Shown one piece after another: positions 44,404 through 59,123 of a stretch of DNA of 64,000 nt (position 1 is the first letter of the stretch; each line of letters begins with the position of its first letter). The DNA lies in assembly GCA_040357565.1 (NCBI GenBank), contig JBDODJ010000057.1. One strand, given 5' to 3'. A program made the position numbers and the translations under genes. Source of the stretch: Cercozoa sp. M6MM (taxonomy: Eukaryota > Protista > Endomyxa: Ascetosporea). The notes under the pieces are model-generated. The model was not told where the DNA came from. It saw only the letters and a list, made by a program, of their open reading frames with translations, and did no database searches.

Positions 44404-45072
44404 ATGTCGGAGAGCAAGTCCGTGTTCGGAAGCGCACAGTGGGCAAGCAGCACCACCAGCGGCGCCGATCAGAAGCAGAGCAGTGGCGATGTCGGCACCG
44501 GCAAGAACAAGCCGCGCTTCCTGGCTGGACACCAGTGGGACGACCGTCGGTAGCACAGTGTTTTTTTCTTAAATCCGGCCCTGTCATTCTGTGATTGCTT
44601 CCGCGCGGACGTGTCGTTTCATGTGACCAGAGGTCGAGGACGAAGCCGTCGCGGAGGCCGTGGTCGTCGTGGCCGTGGTTCCTTTCTTTTCACGATTTTG
44701 TATTTTGCGTATTTTTTCTCGCTTTCATTTGGTTTGCTGATTTTGTTTGTTTGGTGGTTTTGACAGGTGGTAAATTCGGTGCTGCGAGGCGCCAACGACG
44801 TAACCGCGACCAAAAACCGTTCGGCAAGAAATCTGCGTATTCCATTTTTCTGTCGGTTTTTTGAAAGAGGGAGAAGATGTGCGTGTGTGTTTAGCGAGCA
44901 ACTCGACAAGGACCTGGATCGCTACATGAGCGCCACCAAGGACAATATGGACGCCGAGCTCGATGCCTACCTCTCTCGTCGCGATGCACCTGCTGCTGAC
45001 GAGCCAGCACAGCAGACCGAGTCGACTGACAAGCCGTCCGAAACGCCTGCCGCCGAAGAAGCCAAGGAATGA
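44404..45072 (+). CDS. CHTOP/FoP-like RG-rich protein
   Basis: The four-exon model has an RG/RGG tract followed by the duplicated motif KSAEQLDKDLDRYM...DNMDAELDAYL (FoP duplication). Confidence 0.78.
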
Positions 45073-45943
45073 ATTCATGCGCTCCCAATTGAACGCAAAC
45101 TGAAACAAATGGAAACTCACGTGCACGACCAACTGCCGCGCACTATCCGCATGGGTGCATGCCTAGCCTGTCACATAGCCAGCGTAGTCGAGTTAGTTAC
45201 TTTCGTTGCTGTCAAACGAAACAGCCGTGTGGTGACTTCGGTGCGATGAATTCGATTGCACTCTGTGTTTGGCGTCCGACTGGTCACAGGAGCCTTGTTT
45301 CTCTGTGGCATGACCGATGATTTCTGTTGTATCCGACGCAGGTGGAAGACTTGAACCGCCTTGCGTGCCCAGCAGGCGCGCATTCACGCACGCGCGCACC
45401 GCAACACGTGCAGGACCCCTCTGGCACACGCCATGCAGAGCAGTGCTGCTGGTGTTGCCGTGTCTGGACGAGATCAACCTTGTGGCTGGCGCTGTCAGGC
45501 TGGCTCGAACTGACGCAGCCGCACGGTTCACTACGCGCTAGTAAACTTACTGATCCGGCTCCAACTACAGTCGCAGTTACGAAACCTTTGACTCTTCCGC
45601 CTTTAGTACCCACCTGGTGTATCCTGTCGCGTTCAGTTGATACGGAATGACCAGAAACAAACACACTTGATTAGAACGGTGATCCAGAAACAGTCAACTT
45701 AGAGCGCAGCGAAACGAAGAAAAGTGGATGCCAATTGAGACGGCCAGGAGTCAGTTACCGTTTCGTAAAAAATCGAATTAACAGGTCTTTTGAGCCATTT
45801 AATCGGCGCACTGGAGTTCCTAAATAGGAGCGCAGGTGTGCATTTGTCTTCGAATGGCCTACAGATGCATAGCCCTGCAGCACACGCCGTTTCACTGTGT
45901 GTTTTCTCATTTTCTTTGCACTCAGGCAACGACTGCTTGTATT

Positions 45944-50393
<4,450 letters not shown>

Positions 50394-50800
50394 TACACTT
50401 AATTAACTTTAGTTCAACTAAACGAACGCACGCAAGTTCAGTCAGTTTAGTTCAGTTTGACAATTGAACGGTCCGAGACTGAGTAAACAGAACTGAAAGA
50501 GGCTTCGCCGATTGTGGACACGATTATACTAGCGTTACTGACCAACTGGCTATATATTTTGGACTTAGGGCATTTTGCCCGTCGTTTTCCCGACCGCGTG
50601 GTCTACGGAGTGTGCATGCAGAGTAGTTCGGTCTTTTGAAATCGATGCTTACCGTTCGTTCCTGCTAACACAGTTTGTTTTGTTGTGATCCTTCGCTACA
50701 TTTTGTTCTCAGAACGACGAGTGTCGTCCATCTTTTCCACCCAACTCCTGAATACTGCCCAAGTCCGAGTTTTCAGTTGAATTCAATTGATTGAAAGAAA

Positions 50801-51690
50801 ATGCGCTTCCTGCTTGCTTCTGTCGTGGTGATTGTCGGTGCCTCTGGACAAATGTACGATCCGAGCGACTGTCCCGGTGGACAGTGGGTTCCGCTGAAAT
50901 CCTGCACGCTGGAGAACGAGTGCAAGAGCGCTGCCTTTTGCACCAGCAACTACCAAGTCCAAAAAGGGCAGTGCGCAGTGGAGGACTGCGAAGGTGCCCT
51001 CACGTGTGCCCTTGAGGCAGTCGACGATGGTGACGTCTGTGGCGACAACACGGCCTTCCTCAACGACGACGGCAGCAACTTTGTAGGTGAGGCCGGCACC
51101 TCTGCTCAGTGCTCGGTCGTGCTTGACTACATTTGCATGAACAACCTGGCCGGCGAGATCTACATGGGCGACATTGCTAACTGCGACTGCCCGGAGGGTG
51201 TCGTCGTTCAGGGGTACATTATATACTTAGTATTATCAGTGTGTGTTTCGGTTGTGTGCTATGACGGATTGTCATCAACAATGAAATCAACATTTCATGG
51301 AATTGTGAACTGCAGTTGCGCACCGAGTGAATGCGCAACCACGACTGCTGCTCCTACGACAACGGTCCCAACCACGACCACTGCTGTACTTCTTTACTCC
51401 GTCCTCATCACTTACAGTACCTCTGACTCCGAGTGTACAGCCACCGGACATTGCCATGTGTGCGTGTTTGGGAGGCGACTGGTCTCCTCTCACCGACTGC
51501 GTACATTGCTTCTCTGCTGTGTAGCTCTATAGCCTGAAGAGTGAAGGCACGTGTGTGATTTGAGACACAGATGCCGTCCATGAAGTTCCCCGACGAGTGC
51601 GTTCGAGTTGAAGAGTGCGGGAACGGAAGCAACGCGCTGCGTAAGATCGAGTGCGACTGCGACGGCGGCAATGGCAACGGCAATGGCAAT

Positions 51691-51723
<33 letters not shown>

Positions 51724-52085
51724 GGCAAGTGCAAACCTATCGAGATGTCGGGCGACGACTGGACCTGGTATCGACTGCCCAGCTGCAATTAAGAATTCCC
51801 AAAGAGTGCGGTGTTAGTGGGGATCGTTCCGCCGCCGTTCTCGCTGGCGAGGCAATCGTCGCCACGTACTCTGATGATGTCGTGGAAGCTGCTCGGTGTG
51901 GAATGCTTAACCGCTTCGAGGTAAAACCCAATTCAAGTTCAGTTGCCGTTGGTCATACCATCTGTGCTGATGGTAAATTTTAGTGCGTGGATGCCTACGG
52001 CCCCACTGACGAATCCGCCTGCAGCGGAGGCTGTCCGGACGTGGTGCAAACGTGCGAGCCGAAGTACTGCTCCAACACCCACTAG
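50801..52085 (+). CDS. Secreted protein with two Cys-rich repeats, a Thr/Pro-rich linker and an (NG)n insert
   Basis: Signal peptide MRFLLASVVVIVGASG. The spliced model gives two ~14-Cys modules starting CPGGQWVPLKSC and CLGGDWSPLTDC and ending CAPSEC and CEPKYC. Confidence 0.75.
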
Positions 52086-52105
52086 AAACCAGACTCCTCG
52101 TGGTC

Positions 52106-52166
52106 AACTGAACCGGCTGAACTGACTGAACTGACTGAACTGGAACTGACTGAACTGGGAACTGAA
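52106..52166 (+). repeat. Degenerate (A)ACTG(A) tandem array just downstream of the stop codon
   Basis: aactgaaccggctgaactgactgaactgactgaactggaactgactgaactgggaactgaa. Confidence 0.8.
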
Positions 52167-52281
52167 GACTTAGACTGATCCCGATCCCAGCAGCCTTGTT
52201 AAAACTAGCACACTGACTTTTGCTCTAATCAAGTGGTGTTTTAGGCCGCACACTAGAGCTTTGTAGTGGGTTCTAGTTGTA

Positions 52282-52370
52282 TCCAGATGGTGATGAATGA
52301 CCCATGATGTGGCACTAAATCCGGCAGTGAGTCGGAAATCTAGCGAAAGTCTAGTGGCCGAGCTCGAGGT
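52282..52370 (+). promoter_or_regulatory. U3 upstream region containing the USE/PSE-like element TGACCCAT (52298-52305, about -70)
   Basis: About 89 nt upstream of the U3 start is nearly identical in both copies. A second conserved block, CTAGCACACT(G/C)ACTTTTGC, lies at about 52205-52223 and 56412-56430. Confidence 0.65.
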
Positions 52371-52600
52371 ATGATCATACTTGAAAGGATTAATTTCTAT
52401 AGTATGTATTCTCTCATATCACATTCAATTGTGATTGACAACCCAACCGGGAAGAGGACACTACGCCTCGGTGGACTGAGCATGAGGTTAGGGACGATGT
52501 GCCCCTTGTGGTGCGTCGTTCGTCGAGGATTGTGTGTCGGCTCGCCATTGCCCCTCGCGGGCTGGCGCCGGCGCTGTCCACTGAGCTGTCTGACTGGTTG
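52371..52600 (+). ncRNA. U3: U3 snoRNA, copy 1
   Basis: 5' end ATGATCATACTTGAAAGGATTAATTTCTATAGTA (boxes A'/A), box C' GGAAGA, box B GAGCATGA and box D CTGA. Terminal stem CAACCGG/CTGGTTG and stem CTCGGTGGAC/GTCCACTGAG. Length 230 nt. Confidence 0.9.
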
Positions 52601-52699
52601 ATTTCACTTCTTTTGTGCTCTGCTGCGTCCGCGAGATAGTTGACTCGCTTTATTCGCTCATTTGACGTTACGCACTCACAAGCTGACCGGTTTTCAGAA

Positions 52700-53267
52700 A
52701 CATCCTGTGTGCACTCCAGAGCTGCATACAGTGGTGCTGAACGCACGAAACGCTGAACGACATCGATCGCTTTGGCTCGAACGCATATCGGCTCACCGAG
52801 CCGGAAGGGAGAACCGTTATGAATGATCAATACAGTGTCCGGTGTCCTGATTCGCCCTTTGCACTCTGCGTTTAAGCACCCGTGCAGTACAGTACCTGCG
52901 CAGTCTACGTGACGCAGAGCGTGCTTGATCATGCAAGATTTCACAGGTACCAAATCGACTCGATTTGCAGCGTGATGAAAAGACTCTTCTACGTAAAGAG
53001 AAATTGCCTTTCGACGTATCCTGGATTGCCAAGCCAGTGCAACAATTTCATGATCGTCTCGGTATTCAAAAATCCTGAGCAACAGTGATTTTCTTGAAAA
53101 TTGCATCGTTTAATTCCCTCCCAGGCCTGGAATACTACGTGGTGCCAGCAATTTTGGTGCTGCTGGGACTGGCTTGGCTCGCGTCGCGCGTCATCCATCG
53201 AACGAGAGCACACAAGCGATCTCGGGTCGACCAAATTGCGAAGGAAGAGGTCCCAACTTTAATATAA
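52700..53267 (+). CDS. Small hypothetical protein with a C-terminal transmembrane helix (5' end uncertain)
   Basis: Terminal peptide LEYYVVPAILVLLGLAWLASRVIHRTRAHKR, a TM helix followed by basic residues. Confidence 0.35.
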
Positions 53268-53622
53268 AAACTGCTGTTGAACTGCCGAATGTTGATGTTT
53301 CCCTGCACGAATAATGTGGAATGTGGATGCGATGGAACAGGCTTCAAAGCTGATTGGAGGCGACGAAAAGAGCTACGGAACGGCGGAAGATTCCCACGGG
53401 GTCAGACGTTCGCTTCGATTGCGCAACAAGCGCCGCGAACAATAAAAGCGGTTTAAGTTCAGTTCGGTTGAATGTCGTTTTGCAGGTGCCGCTACAGTAC
53501 TAGCGCTACAGTGCGTGCTGTCGCGCGGCCGCTCGCACAGTTCCAGTCAATTAAAAATTAGTGTCGATTACCAGTAAATTTACAGTCATCGGCATTAATT
53601 ACTGCCTTGTCCTTCCGAGTTC

Positions 53623-54608
53623 TTAGGGATAGCGCATGGTCACTCCGTCCTCCACGCAGTCAGGTGCACTGCTTTCTTTCTGTTTCGTCAGTGCAGGCAA
53701 CGCTTTCGGTAGCGTTGGAAGAGTTTTGTGAGCTACAGTACCGGTGCAAGAACTAAATGTACAGTCGTCCGTTGATTTTACCTGCGCCTGCAGTTTGTCA
53801 CTGCGAACACACGATCGCACCTGTCGCCTCTGTATAATCACAGTCAAAGCACTTCACGAGTCAACTGAATCAAGTTAGCACGAAGCAGAAAACGAGCGTG
53901 GGATACCTGGAGGCAACGCAGATCGTGTCGACGCATCACTCTGCGGCGATTCAAGAGAATTCTCGGCCAGTTTTTGCACTTTTGTTCGAGTTGTTTCGCG
54001 AGCAGTCTGTCCGAGTCGGTTCGAACCTTGTCCTTGTTCTGCATGATAGGCATTGTGGAGTTGCGCGGTGTGAGACTCATTCGCATGTCGACTGGAGGGA
54101 CGAGAAGCCTCTGGTGCTCTTCTTTCATCTGTGATAAACTCGACTTGAACATTCCTACCGTCTTTAAGTTTATACAGTTCGCTGAAGTCTGAACTGACCT
54201 TGCACACGCGCAGCTCACGCTGCAACTGCAAGTTTCGACGCTGCAATTCAATTGTCTGGAGAAACACACAAATGAAGGAATTAACAGGCTGCAACTGGAG
54301 ACTCTGGTCGGACGCACCGTGGCATGTGCGCGAGCCAGCGACTGCACGTGCCGCGTCTGCTGCTGCTGTAGGTGCGTGTTGCTACCCACAAGTGCGCACA
54401 CCAGAACGGCCACGCTGACAGCCACCGTGCAGGTCACCGTGGCACGCAAGAATTCTGCGTTGGCACGAAGCCACTGGCCCAGCTCTGCTCTGCACCAACA
54501 ACCGATATCAAAACACCGACCAAACTGAAACTTGAAAACTGAAACCCAATCGATTTGGGACAACATTCTGGACCACTGGACTGTACCGCGATGAAGCCAA
54601 ACACGCAC
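53623..54608 (-). CDS. Hypothetical single-TM coiled-coil protein (boundaries approximate)
   Basis: Hydrophobic stretch VTCTVAVSVAVLVCALVG followed by coiled-coil exons such as TIELQRRNLQLQRELR. Confidence 0.45.
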
Positions 54609-54879
54609 TTAGGTTGCTCAAGAACTCGCGCACACGCTCTTGCTCAGTCTCTTCGTCCTGTGAAAACGAGGGTTGGAAAAATGGGAAACTGGGAAAATGT
54701 CCGAAATGTTACACAAAGCATGCACTCGCGCAATAGGGTGGCACAGTGAGTCCACGAGTGTAAGGCTTGGAGACACGCATCATCGTTGGTGCCAGCGGAC
54801 GATTTTTCTTCAGTTTCACTCTGACACTCGTTGGAAGTTTCCTCCTACAAGGATAAAACAATGCTCACGAAACAAGGGG

Positions 54880-55791
54880 ATGTCGCAGCATTGGGGCACC
54901 AAAACTGTCCAGTCCGGGCACTCGTCGCGTTCCATGTCGCCGGGGTTTCGCGATCTAACGCTCTATGAGAGATTCAACGTGCTGTCAGTTCGAGCCCGTC
55001 ACAGTTTGACTGTTGCCGCATGTCCGCACGCGGTACTCCGCTCAGCCGCGAGCACGCACGCGTCTACATACTTTAACGTACTCTACATCTGAAATTTTAC
55101 AAGAACACACACCCTACGGCACATGTAAAGCTGCAGTTTTGCTCAAAATGACGGAACTTCTGGCAAACAAACCCGTTGGGAACATATTGGATTGTATCAA
55201 CGGATTCTGTCACTTGGAGTTTGCTAGACGCCAAAACTCCCTTAAGCAGCACCTATTCTGTCCTTAAACCAGTGCTACCGCTCTAATGGTCTGCCCGGTA
55301 CTCATTTTCTTTTTTTGAACGGTAGCTTTTTGTGTGAGTGGGATAACTGTCACTCTCCTAGGGCTGTCTTCTGCTGCCGGCGTTGCTGCTTCTGCCGAAT
55401 TTTCTCATTTTCGCGCTCAATTGGGTTTGGCAAAAGATGGTAAGCATCGTGGCACCACCATACATACTCCTGTACTCTGGGACTGTTTTATATGTCGGTA
55501 CCTGGCACTCGCAGACCGGCAAGAAACTAGTCGGTGGTGACACGTGTAATGGTACAGTACCACTGGCACGCTTTACCTTCGGTCTGTCTGAGTGTCCTTA
55601 TTGACACAATGCAGAGAAAGCCGCAGACAGCTCAAAGCCAAGCAAGTGCCCGTTCGCCGGCGCCGAAAACGCCGACGCCAACACAGCTGCGCAAACGCTT
55701 CCCGAGGGACACCCGCCTGTGCACGACGACAAAGTCGACTAGCCTGACACTGTACCAAGCGAAACCGCGAACATGCACCAGGCCGTGCTGA
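54880..55791 (+). CDS. Hypothetical membrane protein (boundaries approximate)
   Basis: Short exons with hydrophobic segments ALMVCPVLIFFFLN and LLLPALLLLPNFLIFALNWVW. Confidence 0.3.
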
Positions 55792-56053
55792 AAGTGCAGA
55801 CTGTGATCCTATTTAACTAAAAAGTACTATTGAGCTCGGGCTGTACAATCCTTGTAGGGAGTCCTACCGTATCGTCGGGTAAAAAAGTGAGCCGAGAAAA
55901 CTGAGCCAACAACGTGGTCAGTTGACAAAGACCGAGGGCGAGCACAAACTGGCCTGGTGCTGTACAGTAACGAAGAGTGACAGCAACACGGCACGCAACT
56001 GCATCTTATTCTTGTCCTGTCGGGCCACTGGAGTGGCAAAAACGAAGTGGAAT

Positions 56054-56282
56054 CAACCAGTCAGACAGCTCAGTGGACAGCGCCGGCGCCAGCCCACGAG
56101 GGGCAATGGCGAGCCGACACACAATCCTCGACGAACGACGCACCACAGGGGCACGTCGTCCCTAACCTCATGCTCAGTCCACCGAGGCGTAGCGTCCTCT
56201 TCCCGGTTGGGTTGTCAATCACAATTGAATGTGATATGAGAGAATACATACTATAGAAATTAATCCTTTCAAGTATGATCAT
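56054..56282 (-). ncRNA. U3: U3 snoRNA, copy 2
   Basis: Reverse complement of 52371-52600 with three substitutions and one loop deletion. Confidence 0.9.
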
Positions 56283-56371
56283 ACCTCGAGCTCGGCCACT
56301 AGACTTTCGCTAGATTTCCGACTCACTGCCGGATTTAGTGCCACATCATGGGTCAGTCATCACCATCTGGA
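56283..56371 (-). promoter_or_regulatory. Upstream region of U3 copy 2 with TGACCCAT (56348-56355, minus strand)
   Basis: Near-identical to 52282-52370. Confidence 0.65.
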
Positions 56372-56569
56372 AATAATTGAAATCCACGAAGGAATGCTAT
56401 CCACGACTACGGCAAAAGTGAGTGTGCTAGTTCTAGCAGGGCCGGCCGGTCGGTGAAGCCATTGCCTTATTGCCTACTCGCCGTCAAGCCGTCAAACTGA
56501 AGCCGTCAAACTGAAACCTTTTGCTGGGTAGCCAGTTATCGTTACCGTCCTGTCAGTGTCCGAACGAAG

Positions 56570-58684
56570 TCACAGTCCGAAAGTGCCCATGAAAGGCGTC
56601 AAGAAAGAGCCTACCAAACCAGATATACAGGCTATGCTCCCACAGCAAAATTGAAAGGAAGCACCCAAAAGCATGGTGTCATGCACGACGAATGCCTCAC
56701 TGAGCCAGCAGACGCCTTCGCTGTTGCTGTGCATCGGTGCGTACAGCGTGTGCACAAGCTCGCCAGTGACACTGTCGATCACTGCCACAATGGCACTCTT
56801 GGGCAATGATGCCAGCTGTCACATCTTCAGTGTACTTATGTCACATAGACAGTGAGCGAATTTTGCATTCATGTACCACGAGTTTCGGCGGCAGCAGCGA
56901 GAGCAACTGACGAGCCATCGGCCACTGTCAGCGCGTAACTTATAAAGAAGCTGTACATATTTGTAAAGTACTCATGTATACACCTTCTTGAGCCAGTGCA
57001 TGAGGGCAAAGGGCCGCGCGTACTTGCTGCCCAGTGCAACGAGGATGGTCGGATGCTCTGCCTTGCAGATGGTCGGCACCGCGTTGGTGCCGGCGTCGAC
57101 GCACCAACGGACCTACATCCGTGTGTGTAGTATCAGTTTATAGAACAGAGGAGGTATATATATTGTACAGTACAGTAACAAGTGTAAAGTACATTATCAG
57201 GCTGTCCCGGCAGATTGTCACTCAGCACCTTTGCATTTAATTTCTCTGCACAAGCACTAAATTTAACACAAGAATGCAATTAAGGTAGTTTGTTTATACT
57301 GTTCGCATCGAAAGCAAGGCCAGAAACGTCGTATTTGAGCATCTTTCGCGCCGTCGTACTCGCCACAATGACGTGACTGAAGGATATTTGACCAGCAAAA
57401 CACCTTGAGCTTAATGGCGCAAGATAAAGTACACAGAAGTACAATTGTACCTGTCATCAGTGACAACGAGTCCATTTGCAAAGCCAATACCATCGGCTAT
57501 TTCGATCACATCCGATGCCAACTTAAGTGCGCCTGCTTCAAGTGTGTACTCCAACGCACACAGACGGCCACTGTACCGACCGTCTAGCACCTCCTGCTCA
57601 TAGGCTTTGTACCAGAGAAAGCACTAGCTGCAGCTAAGTACAAGGAACGGTACAAACGAAAGCTCAGCGAGCGGAAAACGCTGCGATGACTCGGTGAAAA
57701 AGATCGAGCCGCTCGTCGCGTCAGTCGGCTTGAATGCGACCGAATTTGGCACCAAAAGTTTCGTACCACCGCACTTATCAGTCAGTATGGTAGGTGCAGG
57801 CAGTTCCTCACTTGGACTGTCGCTTTTCGCGTCAATGGCCGCGCGGATCTCGTCCAGTCGCTCGCGAACATTGACCTGTAAAATGAATTGTCATTAAAAT
57901 ATTAATTAATGTGAATTCACTTTTCTTTGCCTGACAGAACACAGATGCACACCTACCTGCATGATTGCACGTCTGCCGACGTCGGCGTACACCAAAAGAC
58001 CTGTGCAGCGACAGTAAGTTTGAATTGCAGAAGAATAGTAACGCGTCTTCTTTTTACCATCGTCGACAAAGTGCATGCCAAGCGGGCGACCACAGAGTTC
58101 AAACTGGTCGACGATGTCAAGCGAAACCGGCGCAGTAAGTTGTTTCCAGAATTCGCATCTCTCGCTGGACAGAAGCAGGATGAAACAGACGTGTTTGCAG
58201 GAAGTGCAGTGAGTACCTCATGGCACTGAGCAGCGGGTACTCAACAAGGGAGTCCAACTGCACACGGTCAGTGTCACCACCCTTGCGAAATGCATTACCA
58301 TCAAAGGCCACGACACGCCCATCGGCGAGTCCAGACACCACGATGTTGGTGCTTTTGTCAAACGCAAAACTTTCAGCGCCAATCACCTAAGAAGCTCAGT
58401 TCAACTACAAACAGCACTATCATCTCCACATGATTTGAGCGTACCCTGTCCTGCAGCGCTCGTCGCACCGAATCGAGTGACACGTCTGGACGAAGCTCGG
58501 GAAGTTCAGTGGTTCTGGGGGGAGGGGGGGGGGGATTGAAACTCCACCATTTTTGAACCAGAAAATAAACACGACTGTACCCATCGTCGATCACGATCGG
58601 CCGAATTGGCGAATATTGCAACAAGCTGGCCAAAAGTATGGCGCTGAGTGCTACGACCGGAGCCAAAACCTTCAGAAAACGCAT
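56570..58684 (-). CDS. Strictosidine synthase-like / APMAP beta-propeller protein
   Basis: N-terminal anchor followed by SPI-P, GAESFAFD...SGLADGRVV, LLVPNSVAF, FFTESSQRF, FANGL, PDNV and WLSEAFVVHDTMLLGS. Confidence 0.78.
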
Positions 58685-59123
58685 GACACAAGGCGAAAGG
58701 TGCTCTTGTGCAGGCAAAAGCAAAGTTGCTATCTTTGTCGGATGATTGATCATCTGGTCAAGCAGTGACTCCTGGGTGGAGTGATGAATCGAGTTGTTGG
58801 TCGTTAAGTCTGCGCAACTTACATTAACCCTCAATACGCAGGCTGCTAAGGGTAGATAGGGACGTGCACGTGCTGTAGGTTGTTTGCTGGTGTAGATTTA
58901 TGCTGATAAAGTCGTGAAAACACGAAGTGGGAGTGTTGTGATTGGGAGCTGGCTGGGGTCGCACTTTCACCTCGGCCAGGCTGTGGCTCCTGTTGCAAGC
59001 GCAGTTTATCGTTGTTGTTTTTGCAGTTTTCACGCTTAACGTCACAGTGTGCGACAGACGGAAAGCTGAGAGAGATTGAGTGAGGAGAGAGAGAGAAAGG
59101 GAGACTGGGTGAAAGTTGGAAGC

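Noticed and set aside
45193-45664. Additional minus-strand gene between the CHTOP-like and EF-hand genes
   Set aside because: The open frames have no recognisable motif and give no consistent splice model.
52282-56371. DNA transposon with ~320-bp terminal inverted repeats
   Set aside because: The repeats are U3 snoRNA genes plus promoter. There is no TSD at the outer edges and no transposase motif inside.
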